NCBI GenBank assembly: GCA_004022145.1 | Contig: RCNU01000007.1 | Strand: one strand, 5' to 3' | Source: Paecilomyces variotii | Taxonomy: Eukaryota | Length of the DNA: 64,000 bases | Shown: piece by piece, positions 1 through 14,079 of the stretch | How the letters are laid out: the number at the start of each line of letters is the position of its first letter | Position numbering within the stretch: position 1 is the stretch's first letter | Made by a program: the position numbers and the translations under genes | Notes under the pieces: generated by a model | The model's input: the letters and a program-made list of their open reading frames with translations, nothing else | The model's database searches: none | Told to the model about the DNA's origin: nothing

Positions 1-1416
1 CTGGTGCATGGGCGGAATGCAAGCAGTGGTCGTCTAGCTGCTCTTTCAAATGCAAACCTGAGAGACCAGATGGTTCTGATTATTGCTTCTTCTCAGTATA
101 TAACTAGCAGAAGAAGAGAGTGGAGATGGTAAGTAATTAGTTAACTTTACTTTTAGGCCAAGTACATACATACTTAAGTAAGTACCAGCCCCACCAAACA
201 TCAGCATCGCCAGTGTCGACCATCATGAACATTACAGTCGATATCATCCTCCCTACACAGAGGTCATGCTCAATTCTCAGTGGGAATTACAACTATATTG
301 ACGCCAATTCCAGAGACAGTCCCCATGGAATTCCCCTTCGCTCTGCGCTGTCAAACGAAGCAATTCATGTCTCTCCACACAAATCCGACCTCGATCCCAG
401 TCTACTCATAGATTGATATCGATGACTTACTCATGAAAAACAGAGTATGGAGCCACCTGGGCACTTAATCAATCATATACTTGAGCCAGGAGTCCCCCGG
501 ATAAATGCTGCTGTTCAGCCCTTCCTGGAACTTCTCTTCTTCTCCCGTCAGACGTCATGGACCAATATACACACGAGGCAACACGAGAGGGCATATCCCT
601 TGTAACCCCATGGGGTCGATCGGTACACAACGCGAGAGGCGGCACACATTTCTCTAGAATCCAATTCCTATTCGATCGCAACAGAGGACAGGCTGGCTGG
701 GTGGTATTTAGTCCAATGGCATCCTGGTTCACCTCGGACAGCTTAGAAACCCGTCTGCCCCCCATTGGGAGACTGTCGCACTCTGCACGCGATACATATC
801 CAAAAGAACCATGGGATCTGTCTGGGGTAAGTCTCAAGCTGCGTCAAATCGCCCTCTACCCGCTGTCATCTCTCCAGGGCCAGCCATCCTGGCTTCTTAA
901 GACGCATCGATGATTGGCACTTCGCTCAGCCATCGTCCTGCCGTGGAACGAATAAGCCATGCAGTTGACCAGAAATGCCATACACATATATGCTTCCGTG
1001 CCATATGCTGGAGGTAACGCTCCCAGACATCATTCCTGCGCTTTAACAAACCGGGTAAGACGAACTCGAAGGAAATGGTCGTGACTCGTCTGCTTCCTCC
1101 GACTGCCACTGTAGCAGGGATTCGCCGCATCTCTTCCAGTCAGGATGCCATCCACGGTTTCGTTCTTGTGATATACCCCGCATGCCAATGAATGATATCC
1201 ACGAGACGGTGATCCGGGGTTAATGCTGCTGTCCTCCCTGCTGTGCAGGTGGGAGCGATATAAGGGTTTCTGGCTGCCTCCCCCCTAATCACTCTTAGCA
1301 CTAGGACTGTCATGCCCAGTCTACATATCTGCCATCAAGAGACACACACACCAAACACAGCCCAGAGGGGGCATCTGAACAGATTCATCACAGATAACTG
1401 AATATCTTCATCAATC

Positions 1417-1789
1417 ATGTCCGCTGCACCTCAACTCTTCGAGAAGCTCCTCACTATCCCCACCCGTTCGAGGCAGGGTGCCGGCACTCTGAGAAGCAGG
1501 CTCTTCGGCACAGGTATGTAGTACAATGGCATCTCATCTCCAGCCCCTCCTTTCCCTCCTCTATCCTCATCTTCATCCATCTCATTCTATCTGACCCTCT
1601 TCACTTGAGTGACAAGTCATACTAATCACACAAACCTCATCATGAACAACAGACAAAGCCAAGAAAGAAGGCCAAATACTTCGAACCTCGCTGGCAATTC
1701 ATCGCCCCGTCTGGGTGACAGCGGGAGGAGCAACCTACGCCACCATGTCAGCCGTCTATGTCGCCTTACGATGGTTGAAACGTATATGA
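1417..1789 (+). CDS. Small two-exon hypothetical protein (77 aa) with a C-terminal hydrophobic segment; absent from the ORF track
   Basis: ATG 1417; exon 1417-1513; GTATGT donor 1514; ACTAAT branch 1621; AG 1651-1652; exon 1653-1789 in frame to TGA. Product MSAAPQLFEKLLTIPTRSRQGAGTLRSRLFGTDKAKKEGQILRTSLAIHRPVWVTAGGATYATMSAVYVALRWLKRI. Confidence 0.65.
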
Positions 1790-2633
1790 AAAAAAAGCAC
1801 CCCCTTTCATACCTGAAGGTAAGTCCATCATACTCCCCTCTCAGCCTGTCTCAGATCTAACCCCTTACCCTAAGTGTACCGTACACCAGGTAGATTTGTA
1901 TATCCTACGCTATCATTGAACGTATACGTTTCTCTTTCTCTGGGTGTTCCAAACATCGAATACTTCGACTGCTTTTCTTTTTTTACCTTTAAGTCAAGAT
2001 AACTACGCACCATTATCATATCATATCATAAAGCAACGAATTCAGCAGGGATGGGTTCCTGGCCCTTTATGATTTCTCTCTCTATTCTCATTTAACCTAT
2101 GAGATGATGAGAATCTGACCAAGTCCCTCCCTCTCTAGCGAGCTAGCTAGCTGGTTAACTATCTCTTTACCTTCTTTAGTCATGATGAATGTCTTTTTTT
2201 ATATTGGTCCTTCGAGTCGTGAAACGATATCATGCTATGGATTTAACAGGAAAACATTATAACTATTCTACTATTGGAATCCATTAAGCGGCAATTTATT
2301 TTCTATCCCTACAAGAAATGAAATGAGAAATCAAAAATAAACCCCCACAGAACAGATCAAAAGTCCAGTCATCATTCTTAATACCCGATAGCTTTGACAT
2401 TATCTATGATTCATTATGTACTCGTCTACCTAACATGCATACATACTCTCGACGTCTCGACGTGCAGTTCAAATAGGACCAGAATTACCAATCCGCTCAC
2501 AAATATAATACAAACAAACAACAAAACCCCAAAACTGCACTCATATCTTAGGTAGGTATTGACGTATGTTCCCCCAAAAAAAGAAATTGCCAAGAAAACA
2601 AGGAAAGGAAGCGCAAAATGGATATATCCAAAA

Positions 2634-5326
2634 TCAATAATTCTCCGGTAAACTACCAAAAGACGGAATCTCCCCACAGGTAAAATCCGGCTGATACGCC
2701 AATTTAGGCATGAAACCATTCTGCCATGCTGTTTGATAACTCCACTGCGCGGCAGACTCTGTCTTCCACGTCCAGTAGAACCAGCCGTGGGCCTTTTCGT
2801 ATGCGAACATCTGTGCCTCCGCGTAGGTCAGGAGCCATTTCTTGTAATCGTCAGAGTAGGTGGTTGGGTCGGCGTTGGCGGCGCTGCACTCGCAGTTTGG
2901 TGATGTAGGACATAGAGGGGTCGTGACGGACGTGTCGGAATCGCCTGTGTCGTAGGTGCCGGTCCAGCGCGTTCCCCAGCCGACATTGTTGAGGAATTGG
3001 GCGCAGTCGGTGTCGGATTGGGACCATTCGCCGCAAATGGTCGGACCCCAGCTGTAGAGAGAGAGAGGGGGGAGATGTCAGTTGCCAGTTCTTGTTTCAT
3101 AGTTGTATTCGAGAAATAATGACTTACCCCGCGCTCGTGCTGTCTACCTGCCCAATCATACCGACCCAATCCGTACAGATCAAATTGATCTTGGCCGTGT
3201 GGTTCATGCCAATCTCGCCTGTGTTGAAGATCGTGTACTGGTGCGTATCCAACAACATGTTCGAAGGCCCATCCTTCAGCATCGAATGCCATTTAGCTAG
3301 GTTCAAGAATCCATCTCCAAAAGCAATCCAGGCGGTGATCCCGTTCTTCTGGACCAGCTCGGTCACCTGCGTCGTCCAGTTGAGAACCGACTCAATTGGC
3401 AGACTAAGCATCTTTGGTTCGTTAACAAGACCATAGATCGTGACGACGTTCTTGTACCGAGGCTGGGCGAAGAATTGCGAGAGCTGGTTGTGGATATCAA
3501 TGGAACGTTGCCGGTTCAAGTCACCGTCGGTTCCGTTCAACCACCCAACAGTGCCTTGACGACCGCTGTGATTCCATCCGTTCTGGCTTCCAGGAATACC
3601 GTGGAGATCCAGGTTGACTCGCAGTCCGTATTTTCTACAATACTCGATTGCCCGGAGAAGGTATCGCCAGGCAATCTTGGGAACATACGGATCTCCGTCG
3701 TAGGTGGTGACGGCCCAGTACGAGTACTGAATCCTGACATGGTCGAGACCGGCCTGTGCGATTTGTTGGAAGTCTTGCTCGGTGATGAACGTAGCATAAT
3801 GTTTCTCGATCGTCGATGCAGCCGACTGTCCCAGTTTCTGTGATAGTGTATACTCGTCTATAACACCGGCCTGAGACGAGTAGGAGTCGAACAGAGAAGG
3901 CGTGATGAAAGGCTCGATGGATAGCCAGCCGCCCAGGTTGACTCCACGAATAGGCGTCTTCCCATACGTGAAGTTCTGGTTCAGAGGGGGAACATTAGGA
4001 TTTGGACGAGCAGAATCGTCCCATGTAGAATTCAGACCCATGATCGGGAGTCCACCAACGGTCTCATTTGTGTAAGTGACATTGAAGTCTGTCGTAGTGT
4101 ACCAAGTGAAAGGGTCCAAAACAGTCCCCTTCGCAGACGCCTAGTGTAGATTAGCAAAGACCACACTGAATTACCTATGATTATATTCCCGAAGAACAAG
4201 CAAAGAATGAACTTACCGGAATACTATCCGGACTAATGCCTTTGAGGTTCGAATTCGAATCCCCGCTGGAAGAGCTGGAGTCACTTGAATCATTGCTCTT
4301 TTTCTTCGAGACAACAACGGCCGTTGGGATGATGATAATGAGCAAGAGAATGACAACTCCAATGGCAATCCATATCCACTTCTTTTTCTTTTTGGCCTTC
4401 TGCTGTTCCATATATTCGTCTCCACCCTCTTTTCGCCATCGCTCCTCGAATTCCGGGCCACCACCACCTCTTCCTTTCAGCTTGGAATGGGGACTCCTGC
4501 CCTCCTCCATTATAGCCCCTGAAACGATTCTTGATTTTCTGCTCCTCCGTGGTGGTGTATCCTCCGCAGATATAAAGCCGCGATCTCTCTCTCTTCGCCG
4601 CTGCTTCTTCTCTTCCTTTCGCATTAACTCCCTCTCCAGTATCTCGTTCCTCTCGTACTGCGTATCAATTTTGGACAATGCGTCACTGCTCAGGAGCTGA
4701 GACGAGCTATTTGCCGAATCAGCGCTGGTATGCTTCGCAGCAACCACCTCGCGCTCATATCGCTCTCGCTCTCTCTCACGGTCTCTTTCTCTCCGTCTCT
4801 GCCTGCGCAGCTCCCTCTCCAGTTCCCTATCTCTATCAAAATCATCCTGCATATCCAAATCACGATGTCTTCTCTCTCTGACTCTGGCCCCTCTGGTCGG
4901 ACTCCCATCATAATCCAGTGCCCTCTCCCGTCTTCGATGGCCCTCGCGATCCCGTTCGCGATCTCTCTTCTTTATAGGCGACGTAGCCGGTGACTCCTTC
5001 GCCTTTGACCTCTCTCTCCTCCTACTACTCTCTCCAGCCCTCTCATGACGAGGACTGGACCGAATAGGCGCCGGTTCTGCAAGTCTCCTTCGCGAATCAA
5101 CCATCATCGGATCCTCCTCATATCCCCTCTCATCATCGACATCTTGATCCTGGGAGCCGTAGTCTCGCGACTCGCCGCGCACATGGCGAGGGGCGCGATG
5201 CCTCCTTTCATCAGGGCTCTCGTCGTAGACGAATTCATCGTCATCATCGTTGCGGTATCTGCGATACGAACGATCGCGATCGCGATCGCTGCGATAGCGA
5301 TCACGACTGCGTGCCTGGCTCGGCAT
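2634..5326 (-). CDS. exgD: Glucan 1,3-beta-glucosidase D (GH5), type II membrane protein
   Basis: Exons 5326-4217, 4140-3128 and 3051-2634. Arg/Asp/Glu-rich N-terminus, a single TM helix (WIWIAIGVVILLLIIIIP), and GH5 motifs RGVNLGGWLSIEPFITPSLF, DLHGIPGSQNGWNHSG, VNEP, CGEWS and GWFYWTWK. Confidence 0.92.
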
Positions 5327-7229
5327 GTGGTATTTATGTCGACGGTTCGTTGTTCAAACTAGAACAAAAAAGAAAGGCACTCGCAATGTTGCAGATCGTC
5401 CCCGCAGCAAGAAGTGTAGTCGTTAAAAGGGAGAAAGAATACCGTCAATGTCGAGATTAGAACTGAACACCCTGATGCTTCTTCGAATTGAATCAAACAA
5501 GGAGCGTAAATCCGAAATCAAGAATGCATCGCGATCATCATCCTCGCCGTCAAACATCCACCATCGTCATGATCATGATCGTTACTATCATTACTTATAA
5601 AGAAAGATAATAATAATAGGTAAAGGCAAGAAAAGAAGTCACTCCTCGAGAAAAGAGAAATAAATCCCCTGCAAAAAAAGAAAAAGCCAAGCAAACAAGA
5701 GGCTAAGTTGGACAGGTATTACTTATCTAGTTAATTATCCTCTTGGCTTGCTGGTTTTCGTATCAATCCGAAACAGGATCGGATGTAAACAAAGAACGAG
5801 GATTCGATGTCAACACGCGCACGCACGCCACAGCTCCCCCGTTCAATCGATGATAGGAAAGCCAGAAGTGCTCCTCGAGAGGACTATACGTCGATTTCTC
5901 CCTTTTTCTGATCAGAAACCGATCACCAAGACTTCCAAGTGCTTCTTCGAGCTTCACGAGGTCAGATGGTCCTGCCAAGCCGCTTGAGCTGCGAAAGCGG
6001 GGAGACGGATTTAACAGTCGATGGTTGCCCGAAGCAACGAGGGTCGTAGGGCTCTCGTGCGGGTTTCTATCTATAGTATTCACTTTTGTTAGAGTAGACA
6101 TTGTTCCTATACCTAGTGTTTTCGCGTCATGGACCAAGCACAGAGTAGCTGGCTGATTTTCCTACTTCTATATTCTCCGGATATAGATAGATCTGGGGAA
6201 GGAATGATCGTCGAGCTCTGGAAAGGATCCAGGAATGCTACTAGTAACTAACTACTCTACGTGCTTGGGCACAAAACGGTGCATGGCGATCTTTGACCGC
6301 TGTCAGTTCTGGAATGTGACCATTAACAGAAATCTATGTCGGAAATTCGTTCAGATAATTACAGACGGGGCGCGTGTATTGTATCAAGACAAGAAGAAAA
6401 AGGGCTGGTATCGTGCTCGGATGTGCAAAATCAGGGACATTGCCCACAAATTCAAAATCATGTATGTACGAGACAGACCGATCCCCGTCGCTGGTCATGC
6501 AAGTTTCCAAACGCCCGAAGAAAATGAGAAAACGAGAAATTGCATAGAGTACATCAGCGTGGATATCCGAGTATCACGCCAACTCCCAACTTGTATGGAT
6601 TCGTAGCTAGGCCGGTCAGCCGGCTCACTCACCGTCTGCACAACTCCGAAACAAAAAGAGAAATAGTTTGAAGAACACGCAGAAAGGGGGGGCTGCAAAT
6701 ACAGCGTCAAATTAAAGTCTGTAGAGCAACGACAGGGAGTCCACAAATCATAGCCGCCATGCTCACTGGGAGATGCAAACGTCAGGGGGTACTGGGAACG
6801 AGACGCGAAAAAAATAAACACGGTATCAATCGACATTGTCGAGAGTCACGTCGGATACAAATCAGGCCGGGTGAGGATGCCTGATAAAAAGGTCTTCATG
6901 GAAGGCCAAACAATTCTGTTCTTCTTTTCGGGTGGATGATCTGTCAATAAGTTCCACCCTGTAAGAAGAACAGGCTTTTGCTCACGGTATACTGCTCTAG
7001 TGTGGTGGTTTCCATCTCAGGCGATACGCAGGTGACCACTGATTGCAAACTCCGGTGCCCTCGGTGGGAAAGTCTTCAGCCATCGCGTATAAAGTTTCTG
7101 GGGAGCCACGTTGCCGACTCGTCATGCAAAGGGATCATGCAGATTGGCGTCTCCAACCCAGCACAAAATGACGCCAGAAAATAGGGGATACCAGCATAGC
7201 CAATTCCGTGCGGTTCCACTGACACCTGT

Positions 7230-9326
7230 TCAGCTAATGATCTGTCGTGCTCCCTCCTTGCCGAGCACACCAGGTTCCTGCGGTTTGGGACTGCGGTCTC
7301 GGCCTTTCTTGCGGCTCAGGAACGAGAGCATGCCACCGCTGCCAGCCTTGCCCTTCCCACCAAGACTCTCATATCCCTCAGCAGGCAAAGTGGAACTCTG
7401 GTCAGCTAGTTCACTCCAAGGAGCGGTTTCATCCAGGACCATTTGGACGCCACCACCCTTGCTCGGTTTACGCGTTGACCCCTTCTGGCGAGGCAGAGGT
7501 CGAGAGAATGATGTGACAGGGGGTGGTGGAGGGGGTTGTCGGTCCGGAGGAGAGGATGGAGACGGTTCGGGCGTCGTCCTACTCTGGCTGAGTGCTTCTC
7601 CAAGCGGCGAAATGTTGTCGGCTGGATTTGATCGGCTCATGGATCCCTCTGTCCGAGGACCAGGGGAGCCTCTTCCAGAATCTCGGTCAGAAAGCTGTCT
7701 TGAATGGGTAGAGCCGCCCTGGGTCGCGGCCTCTTCGGGATTCCTGTAGAAAAGTCAGGTCTCTTCTCTCGAACGAAACTTCTAGCAGGTACTTACATCG
7801 TCGCGGCGAGTGCAGCTGCGGCGTTTCTAGGATCAATTGAGTCAGAAAAGATACATTTCCCGCATTTATATGGAAAACGTACCCTTGGTAATGGACAGTT
7901 GTGTAGTCAAAAGGTTCAAACATCGTTTCGATCATGCGATGAAGTTCATCTTCGCGGATTTCCTTCGCGGTGGCATCCTCCCTCAATTCCGCTCGAGGCT
8001 TCTGCCGCCGTGCCCTAGCTTCCAAAGGAGCTTCTTCCAACAACAGTTCCTCCAGATCATACGTTGCATCAAAGTTCGTCTTCTCACTCGACGGTGTGAA
8101 GATAGGAGGTATCTGTTTCCTTTCCAGCTCTTCAAAGTCGAGCTCAGCAAAGAAGGGATGAGACGTGAAGGTTTCAAATCCGGCAGCACCAATTCTCTTT
8201 GACCGATCCTTTTCCATTAATGCAGCCATAGCTCGCAGACACGGAACAGAAACGGCTGGGTTGGTGACATAGTATTTCGGCTGGGCCCGGATAACGTTTT
8301 CGCTTAAGCTCTCCTGCGAACGGCCGTCGAAAGGTCTCTGTGCTGCGTGTTAGCTGTATAGTCGCCGGAACAGAAGCAGTTTGGACACGGACCTTGTTGT
8401 ATATGCACTCATAGAACGTAACACCCAGCGACCACCAATCTACCTCGCAGAGGTATCCGTTGCCTTCATAGACTTCTGGAGCCAGGTATGCTAGAGTTCC
8501 GGACTTGCTCGTGAGGGGTTTTGAGGGCTTGAAATCAGAAGCCACGTTCTAGATCAGATGGAACTTGTTAGAGATGATCGTGTTTCGTGGACTCGTAAGG
8601 ACTTACAAAATCAGCCAAATGCACATGGCCTTCGGAGTCGAGCAGCACGTTATCGGGCTTCACATCTCTGTGCACAATGCCCTGTCCGTGGATGTATCTC
8701 AATGCGCATCCTAGCTCTGCCATCCAAAATCGCACTGCTTCCTCCGTAAAAGACTTCCTGGAGATATGGAACCGGAGATCACCACCATTCATGAGATCCA
8801 CCACAATGTAACTTCGCGACAGTTAGTTCTGGGAGGCAGCTGAGAGGGACTGCTAAGGTGTAGCGGGACGTACATATATTCAATGTCCTGGAAACTGTAT
8901 CTCAAGTTGCATAGGAATGGGTGGTTCAGATGCTCCAGCATCCTCCTTTCCCGGATAATATTCCGTACGCTCTCTGATCGAACCACTGTCGAGTTAGGAC
9001 AGTCAGCCGGTAGTTCTTCCCATCCATGAGCTCTTTTTGTTCCAACATACCCTCTTCTTTCCGAATATATTTCAAGGCAAAGGTCAAGCCAGTATCTTTC
9101 CGTTCCACGATACGGACCTTGCCAAATGCTCCCTTACCAACGACCCGCAGGAGGCGAAAATGGTTCAGGTTCACTGGAAGGAAGCCAATGTCAGTCCACC
9201 TGCCCAAACATAACAATTATTCCCCAATGGAAGCATGCCCTCGATGAGGCATCCCACAGAGCCAGTGGACCGCAAACACGAACCTTCATCGGTGAAAACC
9301 ACCGGCTTTCCCTGAGAGTTACCCAT
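7230..9326 (-). CDS. AGC-group Ser/Thr protein kinase, YANK/STK32-like, multi-exon
   Basis: Start [14 protein letters not shown] followed by a GT donor; motifs [36 protein letters not shown] and tail [15 protein letters not shown]. The ORF pieces join at GT-AG introns. Confidence 0.88.
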
Positions 9327-12300
9327 CTCGACCTGTACCTCGGATGGACCAGGCGCTCATTCAACAATTGTCTCCTCTTGTCGGCATTCCCGGACGGCTA
9401 GGAAGTATCCGACTATGACAGAGGCAAACCTGCAACGGCTGGCAAAGGATCGCAGCCGCCGGACGGAGGGGGGTTGTCAGAGGTCGGTGGGCGACGTGTC
9501 GGATGGGATGGCTTGTTCTCGGCTGAGAGGGAAGCTGGGTCGAGGACCAGAAGGTTGAGCAATTCGAGTTTGGGGATAATCCCTGTAAGGCTAGGCCGGT
9601 CAGCACGAAGAAACGGGTTCCATGAGAGACCTGGGCTGCTCAACGGCCGTATTGAATGGAAAAAGTCACGGTTGACTTCCCGGACAGCCCCAGGAGTCCA
9701 GATGGACGAAGAGACAAAGAATAATGCTCGGAACTTACCCCGTACTTCGCTCGGGGCACGCCTAGTACAACTCGATGTGGAACTCCACTGACGATGACAA
9801 TATCTCCGGCAGCTTGGACACGCGCAATGGGCGTTGTCAGGAGCACTAAGGGCCAGCGAAGTGTTGCGCGGAGGTGCAGTTATCGCAGCGGGAGCGGGAG
9901 CGGGCGTTGTCTCCCGTCAGTCACACAGGAGAACAGAACCTGTCGACTTGCTGCTATGCGGTCCAGTCAGAGTCGAAGGAGACCTGTCCTACGTAGACCA
10001 GATAACTTGCTCGACGGCGGCGGTCGTTGCGCTGGACGGAGAGAGATCAGCAAAAACGTCGAGGACCATACACGAGACCCTCGTCGGAAATCTTAGCTTT
10101 CCCCTACGACTTCTCGGGGGAGGCGGTCTATCGTGACGGGGCTCGAGACCAAAGCACCTGGAGACGGCAACCAGCAGTGAATGAAGGCTCAATGGTCTCT
10201 TGTCGCGCGCGAAGTGGCGCCTTGAGTGTCGAGCATTGCCAGAGGAGGACGGGGAGAACGCCAGGCGGCCGCTTAGACCCACGAGGGGGGAAAAGATGCG
10301 AGGCTAAACAACCACCAGCAGTGGAACCGACAGCCCACCAGCTAGCGGCGCATCATAGATAGATCGCGAAATCGGGACAAGACGAGATGACCAGGGGAAG
10401 GGAGCTTGTGTCTAGTGAGGGAGAATGAAGGGGAGAGAAGAAGGTTGACCACGTCCCCAGCCCCGGAGAAGATGATCGATGCTAACGAGATAGTATCTAG
10501 AGGTATAACTAATGGGCTGATTGAGCCTCCTTCGTGTACATATATGCATGCAGCCTGTCCCGACCGGTATAATACTCTACTCGTATTATTCTTCTACTCT
10601 AGGGCATCACTATCTACTCTAAGGACCACTGTGATGGGACCACTTGGAGAAACATTCAGGCTTCTCCGCTGGTCTGGCAGATCCTCCATCGAGTCGTCGA
10701 CCATGATTGCTGCTTGTTTCTGTAATCCATCGCTTGTCCCCCTAAATAATAATTCCCGGCTGACGGGGTGACCCCCTTGACAGAACTCGATCGAGGTTAC
10801 ATCTGTTACCAAGCGGCCAAAGGGAAGTCCTACATACAAGAATAGATACAATCCTTAACCATCCCATCACCCATAATGGATGTTTATCTGCTGACCGCTG
10901 CGACCGAAGCTCGTCTCTCCTGAGTCCTGAGCATTCCTCCTGGTAGATAGCGTTGGGGCCGGCTCGGCGTCCTTTCTCTTTGCAGTCGATCTGCATCCGC
11001 AGCTCCAATCACGCATGGAATGCTTCAGCAGCCGCCGGTCGGGCGCGTGGCCGCCACGTTTTCAGTCACTGGCTGCTGGAAGTTCAAAGAAAGTTGAAAC
11101 GCTGAAGATACTCGTGATGATACACGGTTCCCTAACACCGAACCAGGGAACTGGCTGAAGGGGAGTGGACTTATTGACGCCGTAGCCGACGCTTAAAATA
11201 ATATGACATGGGCCATATAATATTGTTGTCGCATGAATGGTTCACAGAACCCTGAGCTTCTGAAAGGACTGGACAGCTATGCTTGTTCTTAGTGTGACGG
11301 GTCGAGGGATCACTCTCCTGGTCAACAGCAGCAGCACCCAGCAAACTTTCTTGCCTTGCTATTACTATCTACCATTGAGAGAAATTGAGGGTGTCCTCTG
11401 ATTTTTTCACGATGGCGCCCGTCAATACGGACACGACCTGAGACCTGGCGCAACGGGCAGGATCAGCAGCAACCGAGCGTTGACGGAACACCTGTCATAT
11501 CCAACCATCCAGCCACCTAGTGCCGACCGTCGAAGCAACTAACTATAATGATCACAAGTGATAACGACAGTTTGATTCATATTAGTATAGTTTGATTACT
11601 ATGACTAGTATATCGTTTGCGGCTCCAGACAGGATGCTCCTCCCAACCGTTAACGTTTGGATCGAGGCTCTCGAGAGCATCAAGATTCGGGGATCCACCG
11701 CTAGGGAGGATTAAACTCGGCCCCCCGGACGGCTGTTGGCGTTCGTCCTATCCATCCTACTACTCTAAATTGGCAAACGCCTGTTGCGTTCGCATGAACT
11801 CTCAAGACAAGACAATTTATGATCATCACTGGGACTTTTGCACAGACCTGCGAGCATAATCACACTCGAGTCCATAGTTAAGCACCCGAGAAGACCCGGG
11901 ATACGATATACGAAACTCAGAGTCAGCTCCATTTCCCCCTAGCGCTCACTTGGCCCAGCAGCCACAGCTTCCAGAAAAAGGCCCCCTTCCATGCAGGGGC
12001 GCGGTTGCGTGGCATCTTTTTTCAGCGCTGCATGCATCTAACCAACTTACTAGTTGTGTCACGCAGGGGTTGGACCGATGGAATCGTTAGTGCTCTAAAC
12101 TAACCCGGCCCATCTACTATGAGTTTGGCAGGTCGACTCGAGCCTAGTTTTAGTCTACTCTACTCCGTACTTCGTACTACGACTTCTAAGGTTTCTCTCG
12201 CTCTGAAATTGGCGGTCACCTTATTATCCATATTATCATCCTATTCAGACTGCTCCATAGGACTACTTCACTAGCAATGTCTTTTGGTCGGTAACATCCA

Positions 12301-13816
12301 CCTGTGACGTATCGTGGCTCCATAGATTGTTGCTTGACAGCGGATACAGGGGAGCTATTTACTACTGAGAAAAAAGAAAAGAGAAGAAAAGAGAAATCAA
12401 CTCTATCCAAGGCCATCGATAGGAGGTAGTCTTCCATATCTAGCTAGTATCCGTTTTATATGACCTTCTTCCAGAACGACAACCCTGCTAACAGCTCGCC
12501 TCTCCTCTTAATGATCGACCCGGGACAAGCTTTCGCGAAGCTTCAACAAAGAACCGACAACCCCTGGGTAGTGCCCCAAGTGGATCTGTTCCATCATCAT
12601 CATTATCGTCATTAGAATATGCTGTCTCCATTAGAGATCCATTCCGGAGCTTTTCCGTAAGGAAAACACAGCGATGATTCAATAACGCCTCCGACGCAAG
12701 ATCCGATCAAAATCAAATACTCTAGAAGATAGATAGACAGGTAGCCAGACAGACAAGTACCATAATCGTAAACGCATCAAACCAGCAAAAGCTCACTATT
12801 TCAAAAAGAAAAAATACAAATGCAATAAAATAACTCAAATCTACCTATTCCGTACTAACATAGAGCCCTAAACTCATCTCCTCCTTACATATACATATTA
12901 GTAACTAAGTCCATCCAAGATCGACAAGACATCATCATGCATTATATCAATGGAGGCAAAAAAAAGACCCCCAGAAAACCCTAAATTCGAAATACCGACT
13001 CTCACTCTCATATGCCGACACTTAACTAAGTACCCACCTCCCCTAAAAGGGACGAGAGTAAAGTAAACAAAGCACAATCTGAAACTAGAGCAAAATCGAC
13101 GTCTAATAAACAAAGAAATTGATCTAGATATCTAGTTAGACCAAATAACTAACTAAGTAACTAGACTAAGTACTTAGTTAGAGACCCAGTCAGTCGAAAC
13201 TGGCCCTTCTAAGTTAACTTAGTTAAGTTATTTAAAATGAGGGAAAGAGAAAAAAAGGGATTTTGGATGGAGAGCAACTCTTAACTTAACTACTCCGTAA
13301 AGTAGTTGGTTAGTGCACTGTTTAAGATCGTCCTTCCTTTTCTCTTTCCTAGCTTATAAAGGACTGTATCTACCATCTCTTTTCCTTTCTCTTGTTTCGT
13401 CTGTTATCTTTCTGCTTCTTCTTAGAGGTCCTTGGGGCTGCAGTATAAAGAAGATGGAGGAATGAAATGGAAAAATGGAGTTCTCTCTATCAAAATCTAT
13501 GTAGAGTTTATCACCTCGTCCGTGTGTCATGTCGTCATGTCGTTATGTTACAAGAATATATTGTGAGATAAGATGGATCGCAGTATTTAGAGTGGAGTTT
13601 GACGCGAGAAGCCATGCTTCGAATGATCCATCGCCTATCCATGTGACTTCTATTTACCATTCGTATCATCTTTACGCGACATTAAGTGATGGGGTTAGGA
13701 CCGATCTATGGAGCTGCGTCTACGCTGTAGTCGGGTCAGAATATTCCGCTTTTACAAAAGTCAGGAAGCCAGATAGAAGAGGCCAATCACATATCCCATA
13801 TAGATGACACCAGGCC

Positions 13817-13838
13817 AGAGAGAGAGAGAGAGAGAGAG
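13817..13838. repeat. (AG)n microsatellite
   Basis: About 11 AG units seen directly. Confidence 0.9.
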
Positions 13839-14079
13839 CCAAAGTAAAGTTGTACGGAAACCCTCGAAATACATACTATCGCCTGACGCCGCATTATCCA
13901 CCCTTATTCCAAGATATCCATCGCACCGTAGCCCAGCAGAACAAATAATTGATCAGAGACTATAGATTAGTCCGCTCAGAAAACCGTGCAAGACCCTATC
14001 ATAATTGCTTAGGCCATCCAGTTATACGCCCATGTGAGAACCTTAACCGCATGGCAGCCCAGTGCTTCACACGTCAGCT

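Noticed and set aside
213-1130. Short overlapping ORFs at the window start
   Set aside because: No recognisable motifs or coherent splice structure.
4213-5362. Antisense and alternate-frame ORFs and (TCGCGA)n repeats over exgD
   Set aside because: They are by-products of the low-complexity Arg/Asp coding sequence.
9400-13800. Many short ORFs in the kinase-SNF2 intergenic region
   Set aside because: No domain motifs; consistent with chance ORFs in UTR and promoter DNA.
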